A stretch of 64,000 nt of DNA, from the NCBI GenBank assembly GCA_033648345.1, contig GCA_033648345.1_4121.1, one strand, 5' to 3'. Made by a program: the position numbers and the translations under genes. Shown here in pieces: positions 31,698 through 41,317 of this stretch (position 1 is its first letter; each line of letters starts with the position of its first letter). Source of the stretch: a phage. The notes below the pieces were generated by a model that did no database searches, was not told the DNA's origin, and worked only from the letters and a program-made list of their open reading frames with translations.

Positions 31698-32044
31698 AAG
31701 TAATTTTGTTTTTTGTTTGTATGATTATATGTGGTATGTCTTATGCAGAACCATTACCTGGACTAGTCTGTACTGAAGGTGATATTAAACACATTTACCA
31801 AGGTGATAGCGATGACCATACTATCGTTTATATCGATGGTGAAGTGTATAATTTTGTTAAAGAACATACTGTAGGTGACATTAGTTTTACGCAGTACTCG
31901 AATGATACTGATCCCAATATGCTTGCATTTCTTCAAGTTGATGTATATGAAGAAAGTAATGGCGAACAGTATGTTAAACTTGTGATGATGCGTAAGGCAG
32001 CAAAACAGGCAACATTCGGTGGCTTGTGTAAATATGAGGACTAA
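31694..32044 (+). CDS. secreted protein (signal peptide)
   Basis: leader ...CGMSYAEP. Confidence 0.5.
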   Translation: MKVILFFVCMIICGMSYAEPLPGLVCTEGDIKHIYQGDSDDHTIVYIDGEVYNFVKEHTVGDISFTQYSNDTDPNMLAFLQVDVYEESNGEQYVKLVMMRKAAKQATFGGLCKYED

Positions 32045-32048
32045 ACAT

Positions 32049-32240
32049 ATGTTGATTTACCAATGTGATAACATTCGTGTTATGCAGCATCCCTACTTAC
32101 AAATCTTTGATGTGCAGCAGTATATGGAAGGTGATGACCCAAGAACCTATGGTCGTAAGTATGATTACTTCACTGTAAAGCAGTGTCATAACATCAAAGA
32201 AGTACGACAATTAGTTCAAGAACTTCAAAATAAAGGTTGA
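32049..32240 (+). CDS. hypothetical small protein
   Basis: track ORF trimmed to ATG 32049. Confidence 0.4.
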   Translation: MLIYQCDNIRVMQHPYLQIFDVQQYMEGDDPRTYGRKYDYFTVKQCHNIKEVRQLVQELQNKG

Positions 32241-32266
32241 CTTCGGTCAACCTTTTTTGTTATAAT
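32232..32266 (+). promoter_or_regulatory. PeSL cassette (stem-loop/terminator overlapping -35 TTGACT, then TATAAT)
   Basis: ggttgac-TTCG-gtcaacc, T6, tataat read directly; nine related copies in window. Confidence 0.7.
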
Positions 32267-32295
32267 TATTTCATCAACTACTGGGGATTTTAATT

Positions 32296-32736
32296 ATGTA
32301 CGTATATCGTTTTGAACTTAAATTCAGTTATATTGAACCTAACTTAGATCCAGCAAAAACAGTAGGGCCGTTCGCACGGTACTCTTCACGATACAGTACT
32401 AAAAATGGATTTGACCGTTTGTGCATGACCACGCCTTCGCAATTCCAACCAGAACCAACTGAAGATGGAATCTATTCAATCAAACGTGGCTGGGCATTTG
32501 GCTGTCAGAGTTTGAATGATTTGTTTAAGTTCTTTACTATGGACTTGGGTAAATTACATCGTGCAGGGTTTGCTGTATCAGTATATGAAGTTCCTGATAA
32601 TCATGTTGACATTGGTCGTAGTCAGGTTCAGTACTATTGTGGTAGTGCCAATCTGGTTCGTATTATGTCAGTGAGAGAAGCAAAGGATGAGTACCGCCAA
32701 AGTAAAAGAGTAATACATGAGGCTGTATATGGATAA
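32296..32736 (+). CDS. hypothetical protein
   Basis: ORF in track. Confidence 0.5.
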   Translation: MYVYRFELKFSYIEPNLDPAKTVGPFARYSSRYSTKNGFDRLCMTTPSQFQPEPTEDGIYSIKRGWAFGCQSLNDLFKFFTMDLGKLHRAGFAVSVYEVPDNHVDIGRSQVQYYCGSANLVRIMSVREAKDEYRQSKRVIHEAVYG

Positions 32737-33073
32737 GACTCAAATAGAATTAAAAAAATTTGTATCGTTTTATCTACCCAATGACCCACGTTGTACACAA
32801 TATGATGTTGCATATTACAATGCATTGACTACACAGTTAATGAAGAAATTCAAACAGTGTTTGACTGTATTCAATGATGATGGTAGACGTAGATATAGAA
32901 TCATTCCAATGAATGATGAAAACGATAACTACTTTGACTTTGATGTTGTTTTTCGAGCATACAATGATGATAGAATAAAATTAAATTATGAGCAAATAAT
33001 GCTTGACCTGAGTGTTATCTGTGTTATAATTACTCACATAGCCGAACTTGATGGTTTAAAAGAATGGTATTGA
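32729..33073 (+). CDS. hypothetical protein
   Basis: track ORF trimmed to ATG 32729. Confidence 0.45.
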   Translation: MDKTQIELKKFVSFYLPNDPRCTQYDVAYYNALTTQLMKKFKQCLTVFNDDGRRRYRIIPMNDENDNYFDFDVVFRAYNDDRIKLNYEQIMLDLSVICVIITHIAELDGLKEWY

Positions 33074-33087
33074 CTTAGAGGATAATC

Positions 33088-33354
33088 ATGAAGCTTAAAT
33101 TACAATACAATGGTTTTACTTTGCGTAACGACACTGAGTTTGTCAATCGTTCACCAGGTGCTGAGTTGTTTTTGCGAGAGATGAACATTCCTTTCGTCAT
33201 CACTACTGTTGGTGACCGTGAAGTTCTACAATACGCAGAGCATCCAGTTATTGATGTTCCGTGGTATTCTGAGCATATGTATATGGATATGGCCCGTCGC
33301 TACGACTGTAAGTTCGTAGTTGAAGGTGATAAAATTACAGTCCAATTCAAATAA
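33088..33354 (+). CDS. hypothetical protein
   Basis: ORF in track after GAGGATA. Confidence 0.45.
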   Translation: MKLKLQYNGFTLRNDTEFVNRSPGAELFLREMNIPFVITTVGDREVLQYAEHPVIDVPWYSEHMYMDMARRYDCKFVVEGDKITVQFK

Positions 33355-33365
33355 GGTAACTTAAA

Positions 33366-33659
33366 ATGATCAGTACTTCAGTAAATGCAAGCATCGTGGC
33401 AGACGTAGAAATGGTTAAAGAATGTACAGACGAAACCCTTCGCAACATGTACATCAACGATTTGATTTCAGAGTACGGAAGTCGTGGTGTTCATGAGTTT
33501 GTTCGCCTGAGCGGTGAATTGATGAAGAATCGCATTCGTATGAAGCTTAATGTGCATCCAAAAGCATGGGCGTTTACAATGAAGTACGCTGAAGATATTG
33601 TTGAGTTGCGTCGCAATGATGTGTATAATCGTTTACACAATGGTACATTAAAGGACTAA
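33366..33659 (+). CDS. hypothetical protein
   Basis: ORF in track. Confidence 0.45.
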   Translation: MISTSVNASIVADVEMVKECTDETLRNMYINDLISEYGSRGVHEFVRLSGELMKNRIRMKLNVHPKAWAFTMKYAEDIVELRRNDVYNRLHNGTLKD

Positions 33660-33709
33660 ATTATAGGAATCCGTAAAAGGATTCCTGTTCTTGTTTATAA
33701 GGTAATAAA

Positions 33710-33934
33710 ATGAAATATCTAGTACTAGTACTGCTATTCTTGAGTACTGTTGTATGTGCTAAACCAAAGTATCATGTAGTGTGTGTCAACGAGATGGAAG
33801 GATATACTGAAACATATAAGAACCATATTGTTGAAGTTGTAGCCCAAGGTTCCTATGGGACCATCATCTTCCTTAAGAACAATGTGATTGTTCAGTACAA
33901 AAAAGATTCAAATTGTAAAGTGACTAAAAAATGA
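33710..33934 (+). CDS. secreted small protein (signal peptide)
   Basis: leader MKYLVLVLLFLSTVVCA. Confidence 0.45.
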   Translation: MKYLVLVLLFLSTVVCAKPKYHVVCVNEMEGYTETYKNHIVEVVAQGSYGTIIFLKNNVIVQYKKDSNCKVTKK

Positions 33935-34004
33935 TCTAGATCAATTTTTCAGATATTCTCTGTAAATAATAGCAGTACAGAACATTATTTTACGGAGGTG
34001 TAAT

Positions 34005-34241
34005 ATGGAAACTATAATCATCATATGTGCGTTGTTTGCATTTTTGGTAATGTGGTCACCAACATTCATTGCATATAAAATGAAAAATAAAAATGCAGAA
34101 GCAATTATGTACGTAAACTTATGTTGCATACTAACTTATGGAATACTTTTATTCTTTACTGAATTTACATTAATCCCAGTAGTAGTTTGTTCATCAATGT
34201 TTATTTGGTTGTTTCTGCTTTATGAATCTATTAAAAAATAA
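34005..34241 (+). CDS. small membrane protein
   Basis: ORF in track after GGAGG; hydrophobic. Confidence 0.4.
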   Translation: METIIIICALFAFLVMWSPTFIAYKMKNKNAEAIMYVNLCCILTYGILLFFTEFTLIPVVVCSSMFIWLFLLYESIKK

Positions 34242-34295
34242 AAGATATAGGGTTGGTATTATACCAACCCTTTTACTTTATGTGGGGTTTAATTA

Positions 34296-34868
34296 ATGAA
34301 TAGAAAAGGTAAGTTTAAAGTATCAAAGAAGAACAAAAGTTCTAGATTTAGACCTATAACTTTAACTTTTAAGGCTAAAGAAGAATTAACTGCACTTAGT
34401 AAAAAGATAATTTCATCTAAGATTAAAGTATCATACGTAAATTCGGTAAAATTTCAAAAGGTTAAACCACAAGACAAACTCATTTCACTTATATTTAAAC
34501 GTAATGATTTTGAGATATTAGTAGATGATTATAGAGCCTATAATGCTGGATTCATTCATGTCACTTGTAATACCGAACTAACTGAGTTGGAACATTTGAC
34601 ATGTATCATAAGTGTAGATAACGGTGTGGTGAAGTACAATTTTTTACATTTTACCAATATCAATAATGGAATGGGTGTACAATCCAGACCTATAGTACCT
34701 ACATGTGATGTGACTAATTTAGCAAAGCTCAATGAAGAAGAATATTTTCAAGAAAGCATTGTAACTGAGCATTTAGATGCTATAATAGCAACTTACAAAG
34801 AATGCATATGGGTTTTGAATGCGATAAAGCCCAAATTGTGTTTAATGAATGTCGTTCGTGATTTATAA
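34296..34868 (+). CDS. hypothetical protein, EEE-Y-F-Q-E-S motif family
   Basis: ORF in track; LNEEEYFQESIV. Confidence 0.5.
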   Translation: MNRKGKFKVSKKNKSSRFRPITLTFKAKEELTALSKKIISSKIKVSYVNSVKFQKVKPQDKLISLIFKRNDFEILVDDYRAYNAGFIHVTCNTELTELEHLTCIISVDNGVVKYNFLHFTNINNGMGVQSRPIVPTCDVTNLAKLNEEEYFQESIVTEHLDAIIATYKECIWVLNAIKPKLCLMNVVRDL

Positions 34869-34881
34869 CTGGAGATGTAGT

Positions 34882-35325
34882 ATGGGTTGGATTAACGTTA
34901 ATAGCATTGAACTAAATGAGCAAGACATATTTGCCTTTGTTAATTTGGTAGAGAACATTGCTATTAAAGGTCGTCTGTTTAGTTCATCGGACGGTAAAAA
35001 ATGGATCTCTCTTATGAACGACAATGGCGAGATTTATGACGTTATGCAACTACCTCATTGGGCTTATAAGAATACATCTGATGATGTGATGGCTGCTGTT
35101 ATGCGTGAGTTTGAAAAGCTACCTGGTGGTGATATTAAGAACATCGTATTCAATGCAGAACGCATGAACTACACACCGGAGCAGCTTCAACAGTTGGCAA
35201 TTGCTGCCTATCAAGCTGCCATTAAGAAACCTGAATGTGTGATATTAAAGTACACACCGGACTTGAAGTTAACACTAGAAGATATGGATTCCTTTATCTT
35301 CAGTTCAGAACTTAAACAGTACTGA
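34882..35325 (+). CDS. hypothetical protein
   Basis: track ORF trimmed to ATG 34882 after GGAG. Confidence 0.5.
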   Translation: MGWINVNSIELNEQDIFAFVNLVENIAIKGRLFSSSDGKKWISLMNDNGEIYDVMQLPHWAYKNTSDDVMAAVMREFEKLPGGDIKNIVFNAERMNYTPEQLQQLAIAAYQAAIKKPECVILKYTPDLKLTLEDMDSFIFSSELKQY

Positions 35326-35333
35326 TTTGACTT

Positions 35334-35362
35334 TGGGACAACCATTTCATACGTGATATAAT
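35334..35362 (+). promoter_or_regulatory. putative promoter, TGGGACA-N17-(TG)ATATAAT variant
   Basis: tgggacaaccatttcatacgtgatataat. Confidence 0.45.
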
Positions 35363-35436
35363 CTTAAGTGTCTGTAGAAATAAACAGCACATGAAGTATA
35401 AATATTAAAGTAATTTATCTCTTTAAGGAGTATGAA

Positions 35437-35820
35437 ATGGTTGATAAATGGAATAAGAAAGAACCATCGCATGATGTGGATATTTCTGGAATTGATAATG
35501 CACATAAGCATAAGTATCTTGATTCACTAGGTCTACTAAAGCCTGACCAAAGTCTTGCACATGAACGCCCATCCCGCGAAAAAGCTTTCAGTCTAGAATC
35601 TCTAGGTCATGAATTGAATCGTGTGTTTGAAGATCATCCAATTTATGTACGTGATATCATTGAGAAACTTAAAGTAACTCCTAAAGAGCACTTCAAGGCA
35701 ACAGTTCACGCAGCATTCCGTGCACTACATGAAGCACTAAAGAAAACTCATAACCTTCGTAAGATTCATGATGATATCGTGAACTCCATTGAAGGCGAAA
35801 AACATAAGTTTAAAAAATAA
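35437..35820 (+). CDS. hypothetical protein, shares SLGLL N-terminal motif with 37060-38553
   Basis: ORF in track after AAGGAG; YLDSLGLLKPDQ. Confidence 0.5.
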   Translation: MVDKWNKKEPSHDVDISGIDNAHKHKYLDSLGLLKPDQSLAHERPSREKAFSLESLGHELNRVFEDHPIYVRDIIEKLKVTPKEHFKATVHAAFRALHEALKKTHNLRKIHDDIVNSIEGEKHKFKK

Positions 35821-35824
35821 TTAA

Positions 35825-35860
35825 AAGGGGTTGACTTCGGTCAGCCCTTTGTCGTATAAT
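35825..35860 (+). promoter_or_regulatory. PeSL cassette
   Basis: gggttgac-TTCG-gtcagccc then tataat. Confidence 0.7.
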
Positions 35861-35906
35861 ATTTTCATTGCTAGAACATAAACCAACTGAGGTAATCATA
35901 TCAAAC

Positions 35907-36164
35907 ATGGCAGAAACATTATCACTATATGCATTAGTACTGTTATTTGTCGGATTTCTTCCCGCACTTATTACAGCCATTCGTGTTGTTAAACATGAAG
36001 CTGCGTTGATTGTATGTAGTATTGGGGCGAACATTCTATTGTATTTCTTTTTAACAAATACTATTGTACTGTTTGCTTTCTTTATCATGATTCTGTGGGT
36101 ACTTGTAATTCTCGGATTCTTCATTTGGTCATTGGTTGATCCTAAGAAAAAACAGGAGAAGTGA
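35907..36164 (+). CDS. small membrane protein
   Basis: track ORF (TTG start) trimmed to ATG 35907; hydrophobic. Confidence 0.45.
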   Translation: MAETLSLYALVLLFVGFLPALITAIRVVKHEAALIVCSIGANILLYFFLTNTIVLFAFFIMILWVLVILGFFIWSLVDPKKKQEK

Positions 36165-36165
36165 A

Positions 36166-36462
36166 ATGAAATTAATTATTGTAATGATGATGTGTTTGGT
36201 TTTCCCAGTACTGGCTACTCCTAATCTGGACTGCACACTGATGCGTTCAGATGGTGACACACTTGAAATCAACACATATGAACTCTTTGGTCCAAGTGTA
36301 GTGGAGAATGAAACCACCTACAATTTCAAAGCTATTGACTTTGAAGGTAATGTTCCAGTACTAACTACAATGACTATTGACAAAACTACTTTACTCGGAC
36401 GAATCACCACACAACGCGGAGAAAGTAAAACATTCACAGCGAAAGCTGACTGTAACTACTAA
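36166..36462 (+). CDS. secreted small protein (signal peptide)
   Basis: track ORF trimmed to ATG 36166 after AGGAG; leader MKLIIVMMMCLVFPVLA. Confidence 0.5.
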   Translation: MKLIIVMMMCLVFPVLATPNLDCTLMRSDGDTLEINTYELFGPSVVENETTYNFKAIDFEGNVPVLTTMTIDKTTLLGRITTQRGESKTFTAKADCNY

Positions 36463-36483
36463 TGGTATAGTACAGTGAAAATA

Positions 36484-36514
36484 GGGTTGACTTCGGTCAA
36501 CCTTTATATATAAT
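36484..36514 (+). promoter_or_regulatory. PeSL cassette
   Basis: ggttgac-TTCG-gtcaacc then tataat. Confidence 0.7.
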
Positions 36515-36527
36515 GGAAGAAATAAAC

Positions 36528-37055
36528 ATGGAACGTTGGAAATTAATTCCTGATTATGACTATTCAATTTCTGATCATGGAAGAGTAAGAAACGAACAAA
36601 CTGGATATATAAGTTGTGGATTTAAAAATAAAGATGGGTATGTGAAGGTCGATTTGTATCGCAATTCTGTGAAAAATAGAAAGGCGATTCATCGACTAGT
36701 AGCTGAAGCATTTTTACCACCACCCACACAGAAACAGTTACAGTGGGCGAGTAGAACAAAGAAAAAAGTTGTTCACATAAACCATAAAGATTGTAATAGA
36801 AGTAACAATCACTATTTGAATTTGGAATGGAGCACAGCATCTGAAAACGTACTATATTCTTATTCACATGGTAACGCAACAACTAATCGTGGTGCTGCTG
36901 TGTTGACATGGGAAATTGTAAGAGAAATAAGAAAAGATTATAATGATAATTATAATGATGTGATAGAATATGCACGAGAAAATTGTAATAAATACCGTGT
37001 ATGTAAAAAAACAATACGTCGTATTTTATACAATCAAACATGGATAGAGGATTAA
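36528..37055 (+). CDS. HNH homing endonuclease (NUMOD4-like N-terminus plus HNH)
   Basis: WKLIPDYDYSISDHGRVRN and HINHKDCNRSNNHYLNLEWSTASEN; start set to ATG 36528 because track start overlaps the -10 box. Confidence 0.8.
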   Translation: MERWKLIPDYDYSISDHGRVRNEQTGYISCGFKNKDGYVKVDLYRNSVKNRKAIHRLVAEAFLPPPTQKQLQWASRTKKKVVHINHKDCNRSNNHYLNLEWSTASENVLYSYSHGNATTNRGAAVLTWEIVREIRKDYNDNYNDVIEYARENCNKYRVCKKTIRRILYNQTWIED

Positions 37056-37059
37056 AAAT

Positions 37060-38553
37060 ATGCCACAAGATAATGGGGATATGAAACATCGTAATGGTGG
37101 ACTAGTACAACACTCGGATAAATGGGCCGACCGAAATCGTCGCAAAAATAGTTATCAAGCAGGACAAGGTTCACGTGGTTCCAGAAACCAAGGAACGGGA
37201 CTTGCTGGTAAGGCAAACGCAGAAGCAGGTGAAGTTAAGAGTACTGAGAACATGACTGAGCTAGAAAAGCTACGTTATGTTAACTCATTAGGTCTTCTTA
37301 ACGCAACACAGAAACAACGCCTTGCTGATATGGAACGTGCTGAGAAAGAACAAGCAGTTCCTAAAGAAGAACCAAAACCAGAAGCTCCTAAAGCAGCTAA
37401 CCCTGTTAAAGAGTTATCTGATAACTTAGGTAAGATCTTTGCTAACAAACCACAGTTGATTCAGGGTATTGTCAAAGCACTACAGGCAGTTCCTAAAGAA
37501 GAACTCAAAGGTAAAGCACAAGCTGTACTTGATGCAATGAAAGGTAATAAGAGCACTGAACCCACTGAAGTATTCAGTACTATCATGCGTGCACTTGAAG
37601 GTACACACAAAGAAGATTCCAAAGAACCTGAACAGGGTGAAGCAAGTCTTGATGGTATTCTTAAAACTTTTGATAGTATTGGTAAAGCAGACCGTGCTAA
37701 TGCCCAGCAAGTCAAGAATGTACTGGCTAAACTTGAAAACCGTTTAGAAGGTAAAGATGATAAGGTTAAGCTCGTATCAGATGCAGTTAACAGTGCACTT
37801 AAATCTTATGTACAAGGTGAGAAAAGTCGCTTCGTAACAGCTATGGATGCTGCATTCAACACTATGAAAAAGTATGAAGCAGAACATGGTGAGAAAGTGA
37901 CACCTGATGGATATCTACTACGTAAAGATGAAGAAGGTGCAGTTGAACAGAAAGATGTTGAGCCTGAGCAAGAAGATCTACCTGATACCGTTGATATGGA
38001 TGGATACATTCATCGTCCTGAGATGGAAGAGTTTGGGTCAGATAAAGAAGGTTTTGAACATGCAATGGCAGTATATAAAGCATTAGTTAAAAATCCAGAT
38101 TATGCTAACCGTTTTGTTGACGAGTTTGATAGTGCATGGAATAACTACAAAGAGAAAGGTTATGATTTCCCTGCTGAAGCTGCATTCTTTGAACTTGGTA
38201 AACTATTAGCTAAACATGGAATTGACGTTGGTTCATCTGATTCCGAAGGTATGGAAGAAGAACATCTTGAAATGACCGATAAATCAATTCATGAACTTCA
38301 AAAGCTAATGATGTGGATATCCGAGATTGGTAAAAAAGCAGGTGCTGATAGTAAAAGTATCAACAAAAACATTAGTTGGATTAAAGATAATGTTGGTAAC
38401 AATGCTCGTAAACTACAAAAGGCGTGGGCTGATTTAGTAAATGGTGCAGATGATGTTGACATTGAATCACCAGAAGCATATGAGTATGCACTAACTACGC
38501 TCGATAACTCATTCAAAGAGTACGACCGTGGTGTTGGAAAAGATAAAAAATAA
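37060..38553 (+). CDS. hypothetical acidic, K/E-rich protein (497 aa)
   Basis: long ORF in track; low-complexity charged composition. Confidence 0.6.
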   Translation: MPQDNGDMKHRNGGLVQHSDKWADRNRRKNSYQAGQGSRGSRNQGTGLAGKANAEAGEVKSTENMTELEKLRYVNSLGLLNATQKQRLADMERAEKEQAVPKEEPKPEAPKAANPVKELSDNLGKIFANKPQLIQGIVKALQAVPKEELKGKAQAVLDAMKGNKSTEPTEVFSTIMRALEGTHKEDSKEPEQGEASLDGILKTFDSIGKADRANAQQVKNVLAKLENRLEGKDDKVKLVSDAVNSALKSYVQGEKSRFVTAMDAAFNTMKKYEAEHGEKVTPDGYLLRKDEEGAVEQKDVEPEQEDLPDTVDMDGYIHRPEMEEFGSDKEGFEHAMAVYKALVKNPDYANRFVDEFDSAWNNYKEKGYDFPAEAAFFELGKLLAKHGIDVGSSDSEGMEEEHLEMTDKSIHELQKLMMWISEIGKKAGADSKSINKNISWIKDNVGNNARKLQKAWADLVNGADDVDIESPEAYEYALTTLDNSFKEYDRGVGKDKK

Positions 38554-38560
38554 ACATTTA

Positions 38561-38596
38561 AAAGGTTGACTTCGGTCAACCTTTTTTTGTAAATAT
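38561..38596 (+). promoter_or_regulatory. PeSL cassette (weak -10)
   Basis: ggttgac-TTCG-gtcaacc followed by T7. Confidence 0.6.
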
Positions 38597-38624
38597 TGTA
38601 GAGGGTTTTATAAGAGGTAATGCA

Positions 38625-38876
38625 ATGTTTAAATATGTTTTATTTTCACTTGTATTGTTTACTGATATAGTTTATAGTACTGAATACCAGTGCTCCATTG
38701 CTAGACAGGAGTTTAGAAACGGTGAGTTCTATACCAAGTCTTACACTAGAGGATTGGTACATGACAATAATAAAACTATAGGGTTCAATGCATTTGATAA
38801 CAAAGATCGATATACGTCTGGAATACTATCTGAACGTAAGTCGGATATACTAGGTATCGAGCGTGAATTCCGGTGA
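38625..38876 (+). CDS. secreted small protein
   Basis: ORF in track; hydrophobic leader. Confidence 0.4.
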   Translation: MFKYVLFSLVLFTDIVYSTEYQCSIARQEFRNGEFYTKSYTRGLVHDNNKTIGFNAFDNKDRYTSGILSERKSDILGIEREFR

Positions 38877-39237
38877 CACGGTTGCAATGTGTAATGATAT
38901 TGAGAGTACTAAGAAAGTATATACTAATGGTGAAAATACTTTTAGATTCCACAATCTTACTACCAATGAAAGTTTATACTTCTACAACTGTAAAGAGTTC
39001 ATTAAACCTGTGGATAACTCATGTGATATGCCGGAGCCAAAAGCTGCTGTATGTGAGGAACCACAATCCAAAGCTGACAAAGATTCAAAAGATAAGAAAG
39101 ACAAAGCTGACAAATCGGATAAAAAAGAAAACAAAAAGAAAGCTAAAGATGATAAAGATAAAAAGTCCCCTAAGCCAAATCCATTTGAAAAGCCAAAGAA
39201 TGAAAAGCCAAAACCAGACATGACATGTAAAATATAA
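38863..39237 (+). CDS. hypothetical protein with Lys/Asp-rich low-complexity tail
   Basis: ORF in track; KKDKADKSDKKENKKKAKDDKDKK; competing overlapping frame. Confidence 0.4.
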   Translation: MNSGDTVAMCNDIESTKKVYTNGENTFRFHNLTTNESLYFYNCKEFIKPVDNSCDMPEPKAAVCEEPQSKADKDSKDKKDKADKSDKKENKKKAKDDKDKKSPKPNPFEKPKNEKPKPDMTCKI

Positions 39238-39242
39238 AAGAA

Positions 39243-39277
39243 AAGGGTTGACTTCGGTCGGCCCTTTTTGCTATAAT
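39243..39277 (+). promoter_or_regulatory. PeSL cassette
   Basis: gggttgac-TTCG-gtcggccc then tataat. Confidence 0.7.
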
Positions 39278-39303
39278 CATTTCATCAACTACTGGAGGTA
39301 AAC

Positions 39304-39717
39304 ATGTTAAAAGTTATTTTCCGTTCTATCAGTTCATTACTTCTTATGATTAGTTCAGTTTGTTATGCAAATGAAGTATCTGATTTATTTGAGAAGAATT
39401 ACCCAACCGCACAAGAGATGGGTGTTTTAAAATGCAAGCTAACTTCGTACAACATCATCGGCAGTAAACTTGTACTGGAACATGAACGTAGTACACCAAT
39501 CCCTCTAGTAGAAGAAGGCAGTACCTTTAGCTTCAAGTACGGGGTGAATGTAACATCTGGTGTAATGAACAATGTTGATGCAGAGACTGGTTCAACATGG
39601 AGTACTAGCGGTAAAGATGTGTTTCATCGTATGCGTGAAAATGGTAAACTGAAGTACGTATATGAAAGTTCATTCATGAAACGTGTATTCATTATAAAAA
39701 ATTGTGTACCAGCATAA
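39304..39717 (+). CDS. secreted protein (signal peptide)
   Basis: leader ...LLMISSVCYA; GGAGG RBS. Confidence 0.5.
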   Translation: MLKVIFRSISSLLLMISSVCYANEVSDLFEKNYPTAQEMGVLKCKLTSYNIIGSKLVLEHERSTPIPLVEEGSTFSFKYGVNVTSGVMNNVDAETGSTWSTSGKDVFHRMRENGKLKYVYESSFMKRVFIIKNCVPA

Positions 39718-39728
39718 GGAACAACATC

Positions 39729-40004
39729 ATGCGTTCATTTGAAAACTTAATCGGTAAACTTCGCTTACAAGAAATTGAAGATGATGTGAAGGAATTATCT
39801 GAAACTAAGAGTTACATTCATTTAGATGAACTGTTTATTAAGTACGGTGAGATTGGTTTTAAGTCATTATTTGTTTTTGTCATGAAGGTGCATAGTTTAA
39901 AGTACTTTGATTTGAGTTCAAAAGACGGACAACCAAATCTGTATTACATGTATTATCTTAAGAACATAGACGAAGCTAATACATTATTCTTAGAATATAT
40001 GTAG
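39729..40004 (+). CDS. hypothetical protein
   Basis: track ORF trimmed to ATG 39729 after AAGGAA. Confidence 0.4.
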   Translation: MRSFENLIGKLRLQEIEDDVKELSETKSYIHLDELFIKYGEIGFKSLFVFVMKVHSLKYFDLSSKDGQPNLYYMYYLKNIDEANTLFLEYM

Positions 40005-40014
40005 GGGTAAAAAA

Positions 40015-40353
40015 ATGGAACAACATTTTGAATTAATTAATAAGGTATCATTTTATGTAGTATCGTTAATTTGGGTGTATTACATGTTTTGTTACATTAT
40101 TGCATTCTTCCGATACACAACCTTGTATCAACGCATATACTACGATGCACCCATTTCATTTATGATGTTCTGTGCATGTACGTGGGGGATAATTGAAGCA
40201 CTGGTATGTGGATATAGTACTGACGAATTAAATCTCGTATCGGTGTTGACATTACTAACAATTGCTACTATGATAGCTACTGTTCCGATATTTTTGCTCT
40301 TTAAACTGCTTCATCGCATCGATGAGTGGCGTAATAAAATCCCTGAAAAGTAA
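40015..40353 (+). CDS. small membrane protein, tandem-array family (C-terminal R-x-K-I/M-P-E/N-K/R tail)
   Basis: hydrophobic helices; C-terminus RNKIPEK; paralogous to 45394-47833 array. Confidence 0.55.
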   Translation: MEQHFELINKVSFYVVSLIWVYYMFCYIIAFFRYTTLYQRIYYDAPISFMMFCACTWGIIEALVCGYSTDELNLVSVLTLLTIATMIATVPIFLLFKLLHRIDEWRNKIPEK

Positions 40354-40362
40354 GGATTGATA

Positions 40363-40704
40363 ATGATTTTTTACACTAATGCGTTTGCTTATGCCGTTGC
40401 ATCAATCTACATTGTGTACTTCTTATTTGGTGGAGTACTGTACTTCTTTAAGTACAAAACATTGTTTAACCGAATGTATCCAAATCATCCAATTGTAGTA
40501 GTACTTTTGATTATTTCTGTTGCTCACATCATTGTAGAAACAATAATGGGTATCAGTGCAGTACATTACAGTCTAGGTACTATTGTAATTATTACTATGA
40601 TCATCGCATACATTTTAGTAATGGGTTTTGGTTTATTTGGAAATGTAGCAATGAAATTGTATAATCGAATCAAAACATTACGTGATAATCTACCGGAGCG
40701 TTGA
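40363..40704 (+). CDS. small membrane protein, tandem-array family
   Basis: C-terminus RDNLPER; coupled. Confidence 0.55.
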   Translation: MIFYTNAFAYAVASIYIVYFLFGGVLYFFKYKTLFNRMYPNHPIVVVLLIISVAHIIVETIMGISAVHYSLGTIVIITMIIAYILVMGFGLFGNVAMKLYNRIKTLRDNLPER

Positions 40705-40705
40705 G

Positions 40706-41050
40706 ATGTATAATTTAAATTTAATATCATATATCATAACAACACTGTTTACTTTCTATGCCTTTGTTGGTATACTCCTACTGTACTTTAAATTTTATAA
40801 ACTTTTTGATCGTTTTTATCCGTCATTAGAACATGAATTCTTATTAGTGATGTACATATGTCTAACGTTTATGTCTACATTTTTCACTGCATCTGATGGT
40901 ATCATTGGTATTAAAGCTGAAGAACCAAATGGGAGTACGCTTGTTGCCTTTATTCTGGTAGGATTTTTCAGTACTTATATTACCTTTATTTCAGGATGTA
41001 CCGTGATTGATTATCTTGTGAAATTACGAGATAAAATGCCAAATCGATAG
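40706..41050 (+). CDS. small membrane protein, tandem-array family
   Basis: C-terminus RDKMPNR. Confidence 0.55.
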   Translation: MYNLNLISYIITTLFTFYAFVGILLLYFKFYKLFDRFYPSLEHEFLLVMYICLTFMSTFFTASDGIIGIKAEEPNGSTLVAFILVGFFSTYITFISGCTVIDYLVKLRDKMPNR

Positions 41051-41059
41051 GGGATTGCT

Positions 41060-41317
41060 ATGTTTGCATTGCGTAATAAAAATACAAAAGAGATTCTGTG
41101 TATCTCAACAGTATGGGATTGTGCAGGAAGTGAAATGATTCTCGAAGAAGGTTCAGGTGATTGTGTTTATGTTGTTCAGGATCGTCGCGAACTGGAATCA
41201 TTACTTGACGAATTTAATGCTGGTGGAAATCCTAAAAGTACTCAATTCCCTGAGATCAGGAATCCAGCACCACCAGGCTCTTATGAAATTCTACAACTGT
41301 GGGAGATGGATAAGTAA
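41060..41317 (+). CDS. hypothetical small protein
   Basis: ORF in track. Confidence 0.4.
   Translation: MFALRNKNTKEILCISTVWDCAGSEMILEEGSGDCVYVVQDRRELESLLDEFNAGGNPKSTQFPEIRNPAPPGSYEILQLWEMDK

Noticed and set aside
37461-38579. Minus-strand ORFs inside 37060-38553 (37461-37715, 37480-37710, 37806-38009, 37862-38083, 38298-38579)
   Set aside because: Antisense to a long well-supported ORF with serine/cysteine-rich odd composition; likely spurious.
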